A DNA stretch of 64,000 nt from Mobula hypostoma (taxonomy: Eukaryota). The stretch lies in the NCBI RefSeq assembly GCF_963921235.1, contig NC_086097.1, positions 235,540,001-235,604,000 on the forward strand, in the 5' to 3' direction. Every line of letters starts with the position of its first letter. Positions within the stretch are counted from its first letter, which is position 1. The notes under the pieces are model-generated. The model did not search any database, was not told the DNA's origin, and saw nothing but the letters and a program-made list of their open reading frames with translations. The position numbers were made by a program, and so were the translations under genes. This document shows positions 1-11,965 of the stretch, in pieces.

Positions 1-194
1 TCCTCACCTGGCCTCATTAGCCATCCATCATAGAACCCAGAAACCCAGAGTAGAAGCAAGTCATGATAGCGCCTGGGAAGAAGAAATTTACACAGAACAT
101 GGAGAACATAGGAACTGGCCCTTCCGCTCACAATGTTGTGCTAAGTTAATTGCATCAATGTTCAAATTCCAATCACACTAATCCCTTCTGCCTG

Positions 195-595
195 TGCAAT
201 GCTTTCAACTCACAAAATGCTGCAGGAACTCAATAGGTCAGGCAGCATCAATGGACAGGAATAAACAGTCAACATTTTGGACCAAGACTCTTCAAAGGAC
301 TGGAAGGGAAGGGGTAAGCAGACACAATAAGAAGCTGGGTGAAGGGAAGGAGTGCAAGTACAAGGTGATAACTGAAGCCAGCTAGGTGGGGAAGGGGGAT
401 AAAGTGAGAAGCTGGGAGGTGGTAGGTGGAAAAGGTAAAGGGCTGAAGAAGAGTGGACCAAGAGGAGGCGGAGCACCAAGGGGAGGTAATAAGCAGGTGA
501 AGAGAAGATAAGGAGTAAGAGGGGAGCCAGAGTGGAGAATGGAAAGAACAGGAAAAGGAAGGGAGAAAATTACTGGAAGTTAGAGGAATCAATGG
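195..595 (-). mobile_element. Old Penelope-like 3'/pLTR fragment
   Basis: Purine-rich block with the same layout as the Penelope termini at 21622 and 30840-31273 (tgctgcaggaactcaataggtcaggcagcatc...; degenerate hammerhead remnant near 265-300). Confidence 0.6.
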
Positions 596-619
596 TTTTT
601 TTTTAAGTCACTGCACTTT

Positions 620-900
620 TTATATACATTTTCTTAAATGACTGGATAGAATTGATAATGATTGGATAGATATCTAGATTTGTTGTACATACATAAATAG
701 CTCTTCCAGTTTTGGGATTTGGAAATGTTGGCAGAATTACAAGGGGCATTTTTGTGAGTCAGGTGAAATCTCACGAGAAGAACATTTTATTTTCACCATT
801 AAAACTTCCAGTGAGGGAATATTTATGACTGTTGGATTATGTATAGACATTTGGGGAATATAAAAGGTTAATGTGTGCACCACAGCTAAGGGGGATTGCC
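620..900 (+). pseudogene. Decayed US22/SUKH-like paralog (copy A)
   Basis: FGNVGRI (718-738), then after a frameshift VGLCIDIWG(NIKG*) (831-871). Manual motif match only. Confidence 0.3.
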
Positions 901-1514
901 TTAATCTAAATTAAAATAATAATATTTATTTTCCATGTGAATGCATTCATCTTATACTAATCACATTATAAGCAATCAGAATCCTTGCTCAATCCTTCCT
1001 GCCTGTGATGTGGAGGTGTTTCATTCAAATCAAATTGGAGAATAAATAACTTCGCAGAAATTGAGACTCGCCCCTGCCACTCAACTGGCTCATGACCTCA
1101 GAATTACCATTAGCTCAATAACAGAATTGTCCTACTTTGTTATCTTTTCTGCGGGGCCTGCAAAAGGCGGATGGTTGATGGGCTGTAGGCCAAAATTCAC
1201 TAACCAGGTTTGTAGCAGGTGATGCTGCCAGTTCAAGAAGAACTTGTACTGACTGAAGGGCTTTTCATTTTTGTGCAGTCATCACTGCACATCGCACTTT
1301 GTAATAATTAAATGGAAAAAAAAACTCCTTTGTATTACATAGAGTATGCAAAGTGGTCTTATCTCCCAATATAAAATCATCCAACTCTATGTCTTAATAA
1401 CTCATCACCTAAAGAATGTGCAATTATAGTACAGAATATATGCAGACTTACCTCATTTAAAATTAGTAAAATGGTGAAAATTATATATATATATTTATTA
1501 TTATATTAGAGACT

Positions 1515-1915
1515 ATCTATCAGGTATACTAGCCTTCGTAGTATCCAAGATATCATTAAGGAACGGTGCCTTTGGAAGCCATTGTCCATCATTAAGGACC
1601 ACCACGCCCTCTTCACACTGTTACTGTTAGGGAGGAGGTACAGAAATCTAAAGGCACACACTCAGTGATTTAGGCACAGCTTCTTCCCCCCTGCCATCTG
1701 ATTTCTAAATGGACATTGAACACATGAACACAATCTCATTATTTTTCTTCTTTTTTGCATTACTTATTTTAACTTCACTATTTAATAGACATATATATCT
1801 CCTTTCTGTAATTCACATTTTTTCTCTTTATTTATTATCATGTATGACATTGTACTGCCGCCTTAAAGTTAACAAATTTCATGACATATGCCGGTGATAC
1901 TAAATCTGATTCTGT
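1515..1915 (+). mobile_element. Rex1/Babar-like LINE 3' end (mirror about 63139-63539, minus)
   Basis: Degenerate C-terminal coding remnant (SIIKDH..LFTLLLLGRRYRNLKAHTQ) followed by a 3' UTR ending ...ctaaatctgattctg. Confidence 0.6.
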
Positions 1916-2479
1916 CTATAACTCAGGGACATAGCTTCAAGATATGTGAGAACAGTCTTAGGATGGAGATGAAGAGAAAGTTTGTTTCAGAGAGTAGTGA
2001 ACCCATTCTCTGCCTAGGAAAGCAGTACAGGCTACTTATTAAGACACAGTTAGGTAGATTTTTGGTTGGCAGGGGAATTAAGAGTTATGAGGAAAAGATA
2101 GGAAGATGGAGAAGAGTCCACAGCCAGATCAGCCCTGAGTGTGTTTGGAGGAAAATATAGGGGGGAGGGGGAATGCCAGAGGTAGGTTTTTACACTGAGA
2201 TTGGTGGGGGCATAGAATGCCCTGCCAGGGGCAATAGTGGATTCAGAAACATTAAGCACATTTAAGAAACTTGTGAGTAGGTACATGAGGATCAACTTTA
2301 TCCACTGTGGATATTTACGTGTTAGGAATTTGCTGTGGTGTGTTGATATTACATGCAACAAAAAAAACACCCAACTATTATAAAAAATTATATAAAATAT
2401 GTTATTAATTAGATTATTGAATGGCAGAGCAGGATCCATGGGCCAGAAGACCTACCCCTGCTCCTATTTCTGTTCTTAT

Positions 2480-3000
2480 ATTTGAATTTTACCATCATCG
2501 ACACAGGAGCTTGTCACACAACAGCTCCTCAAAAAAAAAACAATCCCCTTGGGTCCTCTACTTTCCCCTCATACTCCTTTTCAAAGCAGAGAAAAACAAA
2601 TGCATCAGTAACTGTAAAGCCACTAATTCACCGAATGGATGTGGTGTCTTGGAGAAAACAGCAAATTCTGAAAGAGATTTGCTTGCATTAGGATCAGAGC
2701 AAGTGGTTATTGCTGGAGAGGGGTATAAAAAAATGCGTATTTACAGAAGGATCAGTGTGCTTGCATGGTCAGTGGATGAGAGAAGAGATTTGACGGATTA
2801 GGTTTTGACAAGGCAGGCAGGGTGTTTGGGTACACAGGATGCTGATGAGTGTGCAAACATACTTATCTTCCCTGACCTTCCTTGGTCATTAAAGCATGTC
2901 CTGCTCAGAATCTGTTAGTGTGCCTGGCTTCTGCTTTTGCTGATTACCTTAGCCAGTGTATCTGTACACCAGTCAGTCTCTTTCTGCACTGCGGCAGGTG
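2480..3000 (+). pseudogene. Decayed US22/SUKH-like paralog (copy B; mirror about 62054-62574)
   Basis: FTEWMW (2627-2644), VVIAG (2703-2717, other frame), GLGFDKAGRVFGY (2795-2833), LVCLASAFADYL (2915-2950, same frame). Confidence 0.4.
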
Positions 3001-3897
3001 AACTCTTCTTTTTTTGATTCTTCACCCTCCTCAGTAGCAATTCAGTCGAGACACTGACCTGGTTCATCACATTTCTATGAAGAAACTCTTCCAAAATTTA
3101 TGCAAATCCATCTTAGAATTTGGGTCCTTTCTATATTCCATTCAAAAAAGTACTGTGCAGTTTTGCATGGTACCCACTGGTGCACATTTAGTGCAAAAAC
3201 TGAGGGTATTATTCTACTTATGTGTCTCTACCTAAATGCCAGGGAAGCGGTTCTTGTGGGTTTCCCAAATGAAAGCACCAACACGCTTTCCAATTGTGGC
3301 ATTACTATCCTTGCCAAGATTTCAGACCTTAACTTTTGAACTGAGAAGTACTGTCCCATTATGTTGTAGATAATTTTGAAGCAGCTCCAATAATTTGCTT
3401 GTATGTATACTTTCCATGATTTGGAATCCGAAAAAAAGGGAACATGGCTCTCGATTTGGCATTGCATTTAGTTAGCTATGCTGCTGGAACTTAGAGCAGC
3501 AATTTATGGTTTCGGTAACAATTTCTTTTTATCAGTCAAGTTTGTTAGCCCTGAGCTGAACCCCTGAACGTGTAGGACTGGTGGACTTTATTAGACTTTA
3601 TCCTTTGGCCTGTTTGGCATAGGTGATCCTATTAAGAGTCAAAGCACAAGGCCCTGACTCCAGCCAACATAGCTCTCTGGGTCATTGAGACATGCAAGCC
3701 TCCAAACCCTACAATGTTTGTCCTCCTCTTGCACTGCTAAGGCTAATAATCCCACAAATTTGTCATCTCCACCTTTTAATAAGTGCAACAAAAATCATAT
3801 TTACGTAACAGAGGTTTAGCCATAGTGCCTGCTGATGTTACTTTGGTAGAGTATGATCTGTTTTGAAGAGATTCATTCATGTGAATATTTCTTATTA

Positions 3898-4889
3898 TAC
3901 TGGATAACGATTTTATTTTGAANNNNNNNNNNNNNNNNNNNNNNNNNNNNNNNNNNNNNNNNNNNNNNNNNNNNNNNNNNNNNNNNNNNNNNNNNNNNNN
4001 NNNNNNNNNNNNNNNNNNNNNNNNNNNNNNNNNNNNNNNNNNNNNNNNNNNNNNNNNNNNNNNNNNNNNNNNNNNNNNNNNNNNNNNNNNNNNNNNNNNN
4101 NNNNNNNNNNNNNNNNNNNNNNTTGAAAGTGTTGTCTCTTCAGAATTGATTTTTTGTTGACGATAGACGGCTTGAAGCTGAACACCAATATAATTTCAGA
4201 CTACTTCTATCAAGTAGGAATTTGGAGAAACAAGAAATTAACTTCTATTAACTTTTATATGTTTAATTACAGAACCATGCTGACGCTTTGCAGTAGTTCA
4301 ACTAACCTAAAAATGTTCTGCTCATGTTTGTACTCAGTGTCTGAGGTCTCTCATTTAAATGTCCAACAATAATCAGCCAGCATTGATGGATTCCAGTTGC
4401 CTTGAAACCACTTCTCCCTGACTGCAGTGTCCTGGTGAAATCTTTCACCATGCTCATCCCTGACAGTGCCAAGTTTGTAGGGAAGAAGTCTAAATGGGAA
4501 TGGAGAAATGAATCTTTCAATGACATGTCTGCACTTCATGGTTCTCTACCCTTGTTGTCAACCATCTGCACATAGTTTACTGCTCTGTAGTTGACAAGAA
4601 ATTTTTCAACAGCATCCTTGAACGCCTTCCACGCTATTTTCTCCAGTCCCACTAGAAGTTCTTAGATTTTCCTGTCATTGATAACCTCTTTGATTTATGG
4701 ACCGACAAAAATGCCTTCCTTAATCAGGTATTGAGATGAATTATGAATTAATATAATAAATATAGGCTTTTTTTTTAAAAAATGGTACGTGATAGAGGAA
4801 ATTTCAGGGTGATTTTCATGATCAATAGCCCAAAATCCATAAGATATACCCAAAAGTTTCAGAAAGCAAAATCTTTGTTGGCTACTGTG
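3898..4889 (-). mobile_element. Degenerate DNA transposon, probably CMC-Chapaev3 type (mirror about 60374-61156)
   Basis: Frameshifted transposase C-terminus on the minus strand: KEGIFVGP..IAWKAFKDAVEKFL..HSHLDFFPTN(L)GTVRDEHGERFHQD..QGNWNPSMLADYCW. Degenerate termini (t)ACTGGATAAC ... TTGTTGGCTACTGTG. Superfamily assignment is from memory. Confidence 0.65.
3923..4122. other. Assembly gap (200 N)
   Basis: Run of N. The mirrored position (about 61130-61140) is contiguous sequence. Confidence 0.99.
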
Positions 4890-5971
4890 ATGTGGAAGGA
4901 GGCCATTTTGCCCATCAAGTTTCTGCTGGCTCTTAGAGCAATTCCATAATTCCAGTTCCTCATTGATTTTGCTGTAACCTCTCCCCTTTGGTATGCCCAT
5001 CTACTCCCCCCATTAAGATATCATGTCTGGCTGCTTTTGCAGCAATTTATGGGTATATGATTATATTTGAGCAATAAGCATGTTAAAATACTGCAAAATA
5101 AATCTTGAAATATTAAAAATTAATCCAGACAAAATAAATCAAACTGAAAATGTTTATCCAACTGGGAAAATGGAATATTCTAAGTACTCATTTGAGATGT
5201 GTTTTAAATAATACATTTTAGATGATTCAGGGCTTCAACTACACATTCCCTTCAGAAATAAGTAAGGGATCTTGAAAAAATTGACTATATTTAATCATCT
5301 CAGCATTAACAGAGGATTCATGTGGACACAATGGTATCTTCTCTCACATTTTTCACCGCCCTTCATGAAATCCACTTTCATTCTAAAGCATGCTATTGTA
5401 TATTTCATTAAATTTTAATGAAATATTCAAAATTTCACTATAATTCTAAGGAAAAAAAAATATATTGTAGCTTTTAGGCAATTATACAATAATTTTCAAT
5501 AAACATCTCATTGAAAAAAATTATTGATATTGTTGCATCTACCGTTCACCACACATTCATTGCTGCCAGTTAATTCCATACTATTATGAGACTTAGCTTG
5601 AATTACAAATATTATTATAACATAGTACCTCAGATGAACATATACTCAGTCTGTGGTTTACGGGAGTGATTTGAACATCCCAGCTGCAATGGATGTTGGT
5701 GCCCCAACTGCAGTAAGAGGTAGATACGTCCAAATATATCAACACTTCTATATCCAGTCAATTTTTTATGCTTACAGTTCTGCTGTTCCAAAGAAATAAC
5801 AGTGCAAAGTTTGATTATGGTTTCCTGTCATTTCCTAGATTACAATTTAAATGCTGTGGGATAAGAGCTCCTTCTGGCTTCTTGCTAAAAATCCTTTATG
5901 TAATTCAAAGGGAAACTTTGATTTTATCTTCCCATTTTTTTGCAAATGCAAATAAGCAGAATCAGGTATCA

Positions 5972-6658
5972 GATTAAGATTCATTTTGTTTCGATTATGA
6001 GAACACTCAGTCCTCATTTAGAAATGCATACATGCATTAAGAAATGATACAATGTTTCTCCGGAGTGATATCACAGAAAACAGGACAGACCAAAGACTGA
6101 CACTGACAGAACCACATAATTATAACATATAGTTACAGCAGTGCAAAGCAATACCATAATTTGATAAAGAACAGACCATGGGCACAGTACAAAAAAAGTC
6201 TCAAAGTCCCGAGTCGATCAACTCCCGAGTCCCCGATAGCGGCGGCAAAAGGGAGAAACTCCCTGCCATAAACCTCCAGGCACCGTCAACTTGCCGATAC
6301 CTTGGAAGCAGCCGACCCCAAGTCCATTCATCTGAAAACCCCGAGCTTCCGACCAGCCTCTCCGATACAGCCTCCTGAGCGCCATCCTCCGCCGAGCGCC
6401 TTCAACCTCGCCCCGGCCGCTGAAACACGCAAAGCCGAGGATTTGGGGGCCTTCAGCTCCAGTGATTCCGGTTACCGCACAGTAGCAGCAGCAGCAAAGT
6501 AGACATTTCAGAAGTTTTCCAGATGTTCCGCTGTGCTCTCACATCTGTCTCCATCAAATCAGGATTGTGCATGGTGCCCTACTTGACAGATAACAGATAT
6601 TCATCACCGAAGTGGCCACGTGCGCTGTCGTCACGCTGCCATCTTCTCCCCCCTCCTG
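5972..6658 (-). mobile_element. GC-rich, CpG-containing non-autonomous retroposon-like insertion (mirror about 58606-59292)
   Basis: Sharp composition shift; minus strand begins GGAGGGGGAGAAGATGGCAGCG and ends ...aatgaatcttaatct; no ORF with recognisable motifs. Confidence 0.5.
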
Positions 6659-6947
6659 GGAGGATATGTCTGTCAAAATATGCAGCGAAATTCAACCCAG
6701 TAACCTTACTAGAGTGGTCCTTTTTAACATTTTATGAAACTTGCATTCATACATACACCAACCTACAGACTTGACCAAGTCAAGCTGATGGGGTAGGGGA
6801 TCATCTTGTGCTCTAGGTATGGCTCTAATAGTTTCATGCCAAAAATGTCGCTTATTCAGTAAAGAGCTTGGTGAGTGACTTAATGCTACTAGAAGCAGAA
6901 CACCTTATTCTCCAGTTATCATAATTCTCAGTGGAGCTTCTAGTATG

Positions 6948-7233
6948 TGGTGGCACAGTAGCATAGTGGTTAGCACGCTTTACAGTGCTAGCGACCCAGT
7001 TTCAATTCCCAGTGTTGTCTGTAAGGAGGTTGTACGTTCTCCCCGTAATCACATGGGTTACCTCCAGGTGCTCCGGTTGACTCCCACAGTGCAAAGAAGT
7101 ACCAGTTGGTAGGCTAATCGGTCATTGTAAATTGTCCCATGATTTGGCTAGGACTAAGTCAAGGCTTACTGGGTAGAACAGCTGGAAGAGCTGATCATGT
7201 ACTATATCTCAATAAATCAATAGATAGATAAAT
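6948..7233 (+). mobile_element. tRNA-derived SINE, V-SINE-like (mirror 58032-58317). A second degenerate copy lies at about 24055-24220
   Basis: A-box-like TAGCATAGTGG, B-box-like GTTTCAATTCC, central GTACGTTCTCCCCGT...GGTGCTCCGGTT...CTCCCACAG, A-rich tail. Confidence 0.7.
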
Positions 7234-7435
7234 CTTGTACTATGTTACACTAACCTATATGGGATACAATGCATTGCTTTATAATATAATGGGCAAGTTT
7301 GAACTTAAGCTGTATCCTGGCCTGTGTCTGGTTGTTTCAAGTGATTGGGTGATGTGGTTAGAGACAGTAGTGTCCCCATATGTGGTTATAAGTTGCAAGC
7401 ATAACCCAGTGGAAGTCCATTGCATTCAGAACAAA

Positions 7436-7840
7436 AGACCATAAGACATAGAAGCAGAACTAAGCCATTTGGCTCATCGAGGTTGCTCCACCATTCTATA
7501 TTTATTATCCTTCTCAAACCCATTCTCCTGAGTACACCTCATAACCTTTAACACCCTTACTAATCAAGAACCTATCAAACTCTCTTTGAAATATACCCAA
7601 TGAACTGGCCTCCACAGTCATCTGTGGCAATGAATTCCACAGATTTATTATCCTCTGGCTAAAGAAATTCCTCCACATCTCTGTTTCAATGTGACATCCT
7701 TCTAATCTGAGGATGTGCCATTTTGTCCTGGACCCTCCCACTATTGGAAATATCCTCTCCACATCCACTCTATCTAGGCCTTTCAATACTTGATAGGTTT
7801 CAATGAAATCTACCCCCACCCTGATTCTACTAAACTCCAG
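7436..7840 (-). mobile_element. CR1 LINE 3' fragment (mirror about 57425-57829)
   Basis: ORF 7514..7975- contains DFIETYQVLKGLDRVD...NFFSQRIINLWNSLPQ, matching the ORF2 C-terminus of the large CR1. Confidence 0.85.
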
Positions 7841-8289
7841 TGAGAAGTCAACTTTTCCTTGAAGCTTCGATGTCCTGCAACTATTGATGCAAGAAGAACT
7901 TACCAACAGTGATAATGCAGAAGAATCAGTTGTAACAAGAAAAGTTGAAAACAATAAATCAAATAACAGGATCATAGTAAAAAGGAATATGACTCATTTC
8001 AAGAAGTAAGCTTATCTCTGCACAATCTGACTTCAAGCAAGAATGACAAAAAAATGTAGTAAACAGGCCCTAAATTTAGACGTGAACTGAAGGGTCAGTG
8101 AATATTGCATGTGTGATGTAGTTTGGATCAAAAAGAGAAGGACGAGATACAAGCACCTTTTGACAGTGAAGCAGCAACTCCTGTTATTAAAGCTGCACCA
8201 ACAGAATTTTTAAAGAGAAAAAAATAAGCAAGAAAGACTATGCCATTGAACAAACAGTGGAGTAAACTGCAAGATATCAATAAGATTGA

Positions 8290-8912
8290 AAGACCATAAT
8301 ACATAGGAGCAGAATCAGGCCATTTGGCCCATCGAGTCTGCTCCAGCATTCAATCATGGCCCATCCGTTTTATCTCCCCTCCTCAGTCCTACTCCCCAAC
8401 CTTCTCCCTATAACCTTTGATATCATGGCCAATCAAGAACCTATCACCTTAAATGCACCCAATGACCTGGCCTCCACAGCTGCCTGTGGTAGCGAATTCC
8501 AAAAAATTTCACCATGCTATGGCTAAAGAAATTTCACCGCATCCCTGTTTTAAATGGACACCCCTCTATCCGGAGGCTGTGCCCTCTTGTCCTGGACTCC
8601 CCCACCATGTGAAATATCCTTTCTACATCTATTCTGTCTAGACTTTTCAACATTCGAAAGGTTTCAATGAGATCTCCCTCATCATTCTAAATTCTGGAGT
8701 ATAGATCAAGAGCCATCAAACATTTCTCATATGATAACCCTTTCATTCCCAGAATCATCTTTGTAGACCTCCTCTGAACCCTCTCCAAAGCTAGCATATC
8801 TTTTCTTAGATAAGTAGCCCAAAACTGTTCACAATACTGAAGGTGAGGCCTCACTAGTGCTTTATGAAGCCTCAGCGTCACATCCCTGTCTTATATTGTT
8901 GTCCTCTTGAAG
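8290..8912 (-). mobile_element. CR1 LINE 3' fragment (mirror about 56353-56975)
   Basis: ORF 8687..8881-: LHKALVRPHLQYCEQFW...LERVQRR. Confidence 0.85.
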
Positions 8913-10647
8913 AGAAGTCGAGGACCACACCTTATCACCTGCAAGGTGATCCCCAGCCAGAGAGGTTTAATCAGACCTTGCTAGACATGCTTGGGATCCT
9001 GGAGATCAGCAAGAAGAGCAGGTGGAGTCAACATATTGGGCATCTGGTTCACAGTTATAACTGTACACGAAATGAAGCTACTGGGTAGTCGTCATATTAT
9101 CTGATGTTTGGGCATGAGGCAAGGTTGTCCACTGACCTTTGTTTTGGAACTGATGAGGGTGACTTACCACCGAAGACTTATCTGAAGTATGTGCCTGACA
9201 TGAGAAGAGAGTTGAAAAGGGTGTATGAATTAGCTGTGGCCGTGGCTGCCAAGCAGCATCAAGGAAATAAGAGGAGGTATGCTAAAAAAGGTGAGGTCGT
9301 CCCAACTCCTGCCGGGAGACCGAGTCCTCATAAGGAATTTGGGGCTACCTGGAAAGCACAAGTTGGCTGACCTCTGGGCGGCCACACCCTATGTGGTGGA
9401 GAGTCAGATGCCAAACCTGCCAGTTTTCTGGGTGAAACCAAAGGAGGGGAATGGGCCTGTCAAGATTCTCCATTGGAATCACCTGTTGCCCCTGGGTCAA
9501 GAGGTGCAGGTAGACCTAGAGCCCGACTTGGACCCTACACCTAGTAACAGGACTCTGCGGAAATGCGGGGCAACTACCAGGCCCCCAACAGGCAAGAAGG
9601 ATACTGATTCGGAGATGAGGACCTGGATGTGTGGTATGTGCTGCCTTTCACTAACTCCTCATTGATTGAGGAAGAGACTCCCAGCCCTTCTACCATTGAG
9701 ACAGTGAAGTGGGGTGGTATCTGTGGGCAGCCTGGGTTACGGCGGGACTCTGCAGGAGAGGAAGCAGGGTTTGGCCATGGGACAGAAGACTCCGAGTTGC
9801 AGGTGGGCATGAGTGATAGATCGGGTAAGGCCTCGCCAGATAGACCTGAAGTATCCCCAGTAGTGTCAGAACCTGAAGAGTTAGATGAGGTGCAGAGGTC
9901 TCAGAGAATTAGTAGACCACCAGATAGGCTAGCCTATGTAGCACCAGGGGAACAGAGTGTAACCCCTACTGTGTTGGGGAGCTATGTCACTGTCTTTTAC
10001 ACCTGGATTGAGCTTTGTGCTTTGCAGGAAGGGTTGGTAAATTATCTCAACATTATGAGGACATGACTAAATTTGGTGGGGGGAGAGTGTAACATGCTGT
10101 AAGGTTTCACTGCTAATGTAATGGTTTGACTGTAGCAGCAATGTCTGGGTTATGATGAGAGATGACGGGGTTTGGAATGCTGGGGCTAATGAGAGAAATG
10201 TTGTTCTTTCTTGTGAGTCTGGAAGAGAGATTTTCACGGTCTTTTTTTGCCTGGGAGAGATGAGGAGAAAAAACGTGAATGGAGAGAGTTGGCAGACCGT
10301 CGGATGGAGTGGACTTGGAGCGAGGGTCCGAAGGTCAGCGATGATTGGAGGAGGTCGATGGTGGAAGACCAGCTTATCAGTGAGCTACAACATTGCACAA
10401 CAGACTGTTTCATGAGAATGGGCGCTTTTTCTTTTTTTTTGTTTTCTTTACTAACCATATAGTCAAAGTACGAATTATAAAACTTAATTGTTTAATCCCA
10501 TATTGTGTACTGTTTGTTATTTTGGAGTACTGATTTGTAACGGAGGACACATCGCGTGGCATCCCACCCAAATGAGATTTCTTAAGTTTGGCTGGGCAGA
10601 GGGCTAACACCCCCTATACTAAGCCACTAACCAAAGTGAGAGTTACA
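8913..10647 (+). mobile_element. 5'-truncated Gypsy LTR retrotransposon: integrase C-terminus, PPT and 3' LTR (10088-10647)
   Basis: SRTTPYH.QGDPQPERFNQTLLDML, YNCTRNEATG, MFGHEARLSTDL, PGDRVLIRNLGLPGKHKLAD.W (GPY/F region). Purine tract GGTGGGGGAGAG immediately before TGTAAC...GTTACA. Confidence 0.9.
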
Positions 10648-11965
10648 CTTACAAAAGTTAAAGAGGTACAGAAAATACTCACTAACTTGGTAGATCCAAA
10701 GAAAGTTAGATACTTTATTTGTAGAGATGTTTCAGAATACTCTGACCTACAGCCATTTGACATGGAAAAGTTTTTTTCTTTCCAATATTTTTATTAGTTT
10801 CTGCATTAAAGAATGCGAAGTACAAGAAAGTATATATAAATGTCAAAAAAGATTTAAAAACTACCAATTACATTAAATCTATTCATAATAGCAATCTCAT
10901 TATCCCGTATTCACGTAGGTTAATCAATAGTTATATTGAAATATACTAATTTATTACAAAAAAAGAGTCTTACCCCAACCAAGACCAAAGCTGTTTATTA
11001 AGGAGAAAAAAAGGTAAAATACCTTCTCATATAATAAAAATAAATAATAGCCAACATCTGAATTTAAACAACGGGGAATTGAAGGTTTTGAAAGTTCTGA
11101 AAATAATTCAGAAAAGGTCCCCACAATGGTTCAATATCTAATATTTATGGTATGTTACTGGAGATGAGGAATGTTCCTTTAGACAAAATTAAGAATCTCT
11201 AGGAACAGGATTTATAGACATCAATATCTGAGGAAAATGGAATGAAAATTTTAAACTGGTTAATACTTCATCGCTACGTGCTCGCCATTCCCTCATACAA
11301 TTTAAGGAGTACATAGAGTCCATATGACTAAAGATAAGCTTTCTCGTTTTTATTCGGATATATCTTCCTACTGTGACAGATGTAATAATGGAGAAGCTTC
11401 ATTAATTCATATGTTTTGGACTTGTCCAAGTCTTGAAAAATATTGGAAGGAAGTTTTTCAAACTTTTTCTTTACTTTTCAAAGTCAATTTTAAGCCTAAT
11501 CCTGTGACGGCCCTATTCAATATTGTTGCAGGGCAAGATATCAAGCTGAAGACATTTGATTTACATATTTTTGCTTTTAGCTCTCTTATTGAGAGGAGGG
11601 CACTTTTGTTTAAAAGGAAAGATGTTTTTCCTCCTACTCATGCTCAATGGTTATGTGACGTTATGTTATGCTTAGATTTAAAGAAAATCCGTTGTTCAAT
11701 TTCTCAATCTCAGAGAAGTTTTTTTAAATGCAGCACATGCAACCATGAGTTGGGAGAACACAAGAGGGGTTAAACTGTCAAGATACGATAACTTGCGGGT
11801 TTTTGGATTGAGCTTTCCAAGACAGATTAATGTGTGGTTTATAGATAAAAGAATCCAGCCATAGACCTGAGGAATAAAAGACCTTACCTTTGATTTATGG
11901 TGTTCGATTGAAATTGCTGTGGAGATAACAGCAGGAGTGCCGAGAATTCTGTTTTACCTAACTGT
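10648..11965 (+). pseudogene. Decayed US22/SUKH-like paralog (copy F), split by the L1 insertion (mirror 53300-54617)
   Basis: After removing the L1 and one TSD (and allowing a 1-nt slip in the T run): EVQKILTNLVDPKKVRYFI..QPFDMEKFFKCSTCNHELGEH, then LRVFGLSFPRQINVW...LTFDLWCSI. Clearly similar to copy H. Confidence 0.5.
10778..11715 (-). mobile_element. 5'-truncated, 5'-inverted L1-clade LINE with 10-bp TSD (mirror 53550-54487)
   Basis: CDRC..ASLIHMFWTC zinc knuckle on + (11324 ORF); ORF2 end LWGPFLNYFQ and 3' UTR on minus (about 11128 down to 10778); TSD AAGTTTTTTT at 10768-10777 and 11716-11725. Confidence 0.85.

Noticed and set aside
3811..3860. GLAIVPADV / FGRV* as another US22-like motif
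   Set aside because: Needs an assumed frameshift inside the motif; too likely to be pattern-matching noise.
3913..4188. ORFs spanning the N run
   Set aside because: Artefacts of translating N.
7865..8006. Possible host exon (ttgaag|...FDVLQLLMQEELTNSDNAEES...|gtaagc)
   Set aside because: No recognisable protein and no partner exons; may instead be a low-complexity part of the decayed backbone ORFs.
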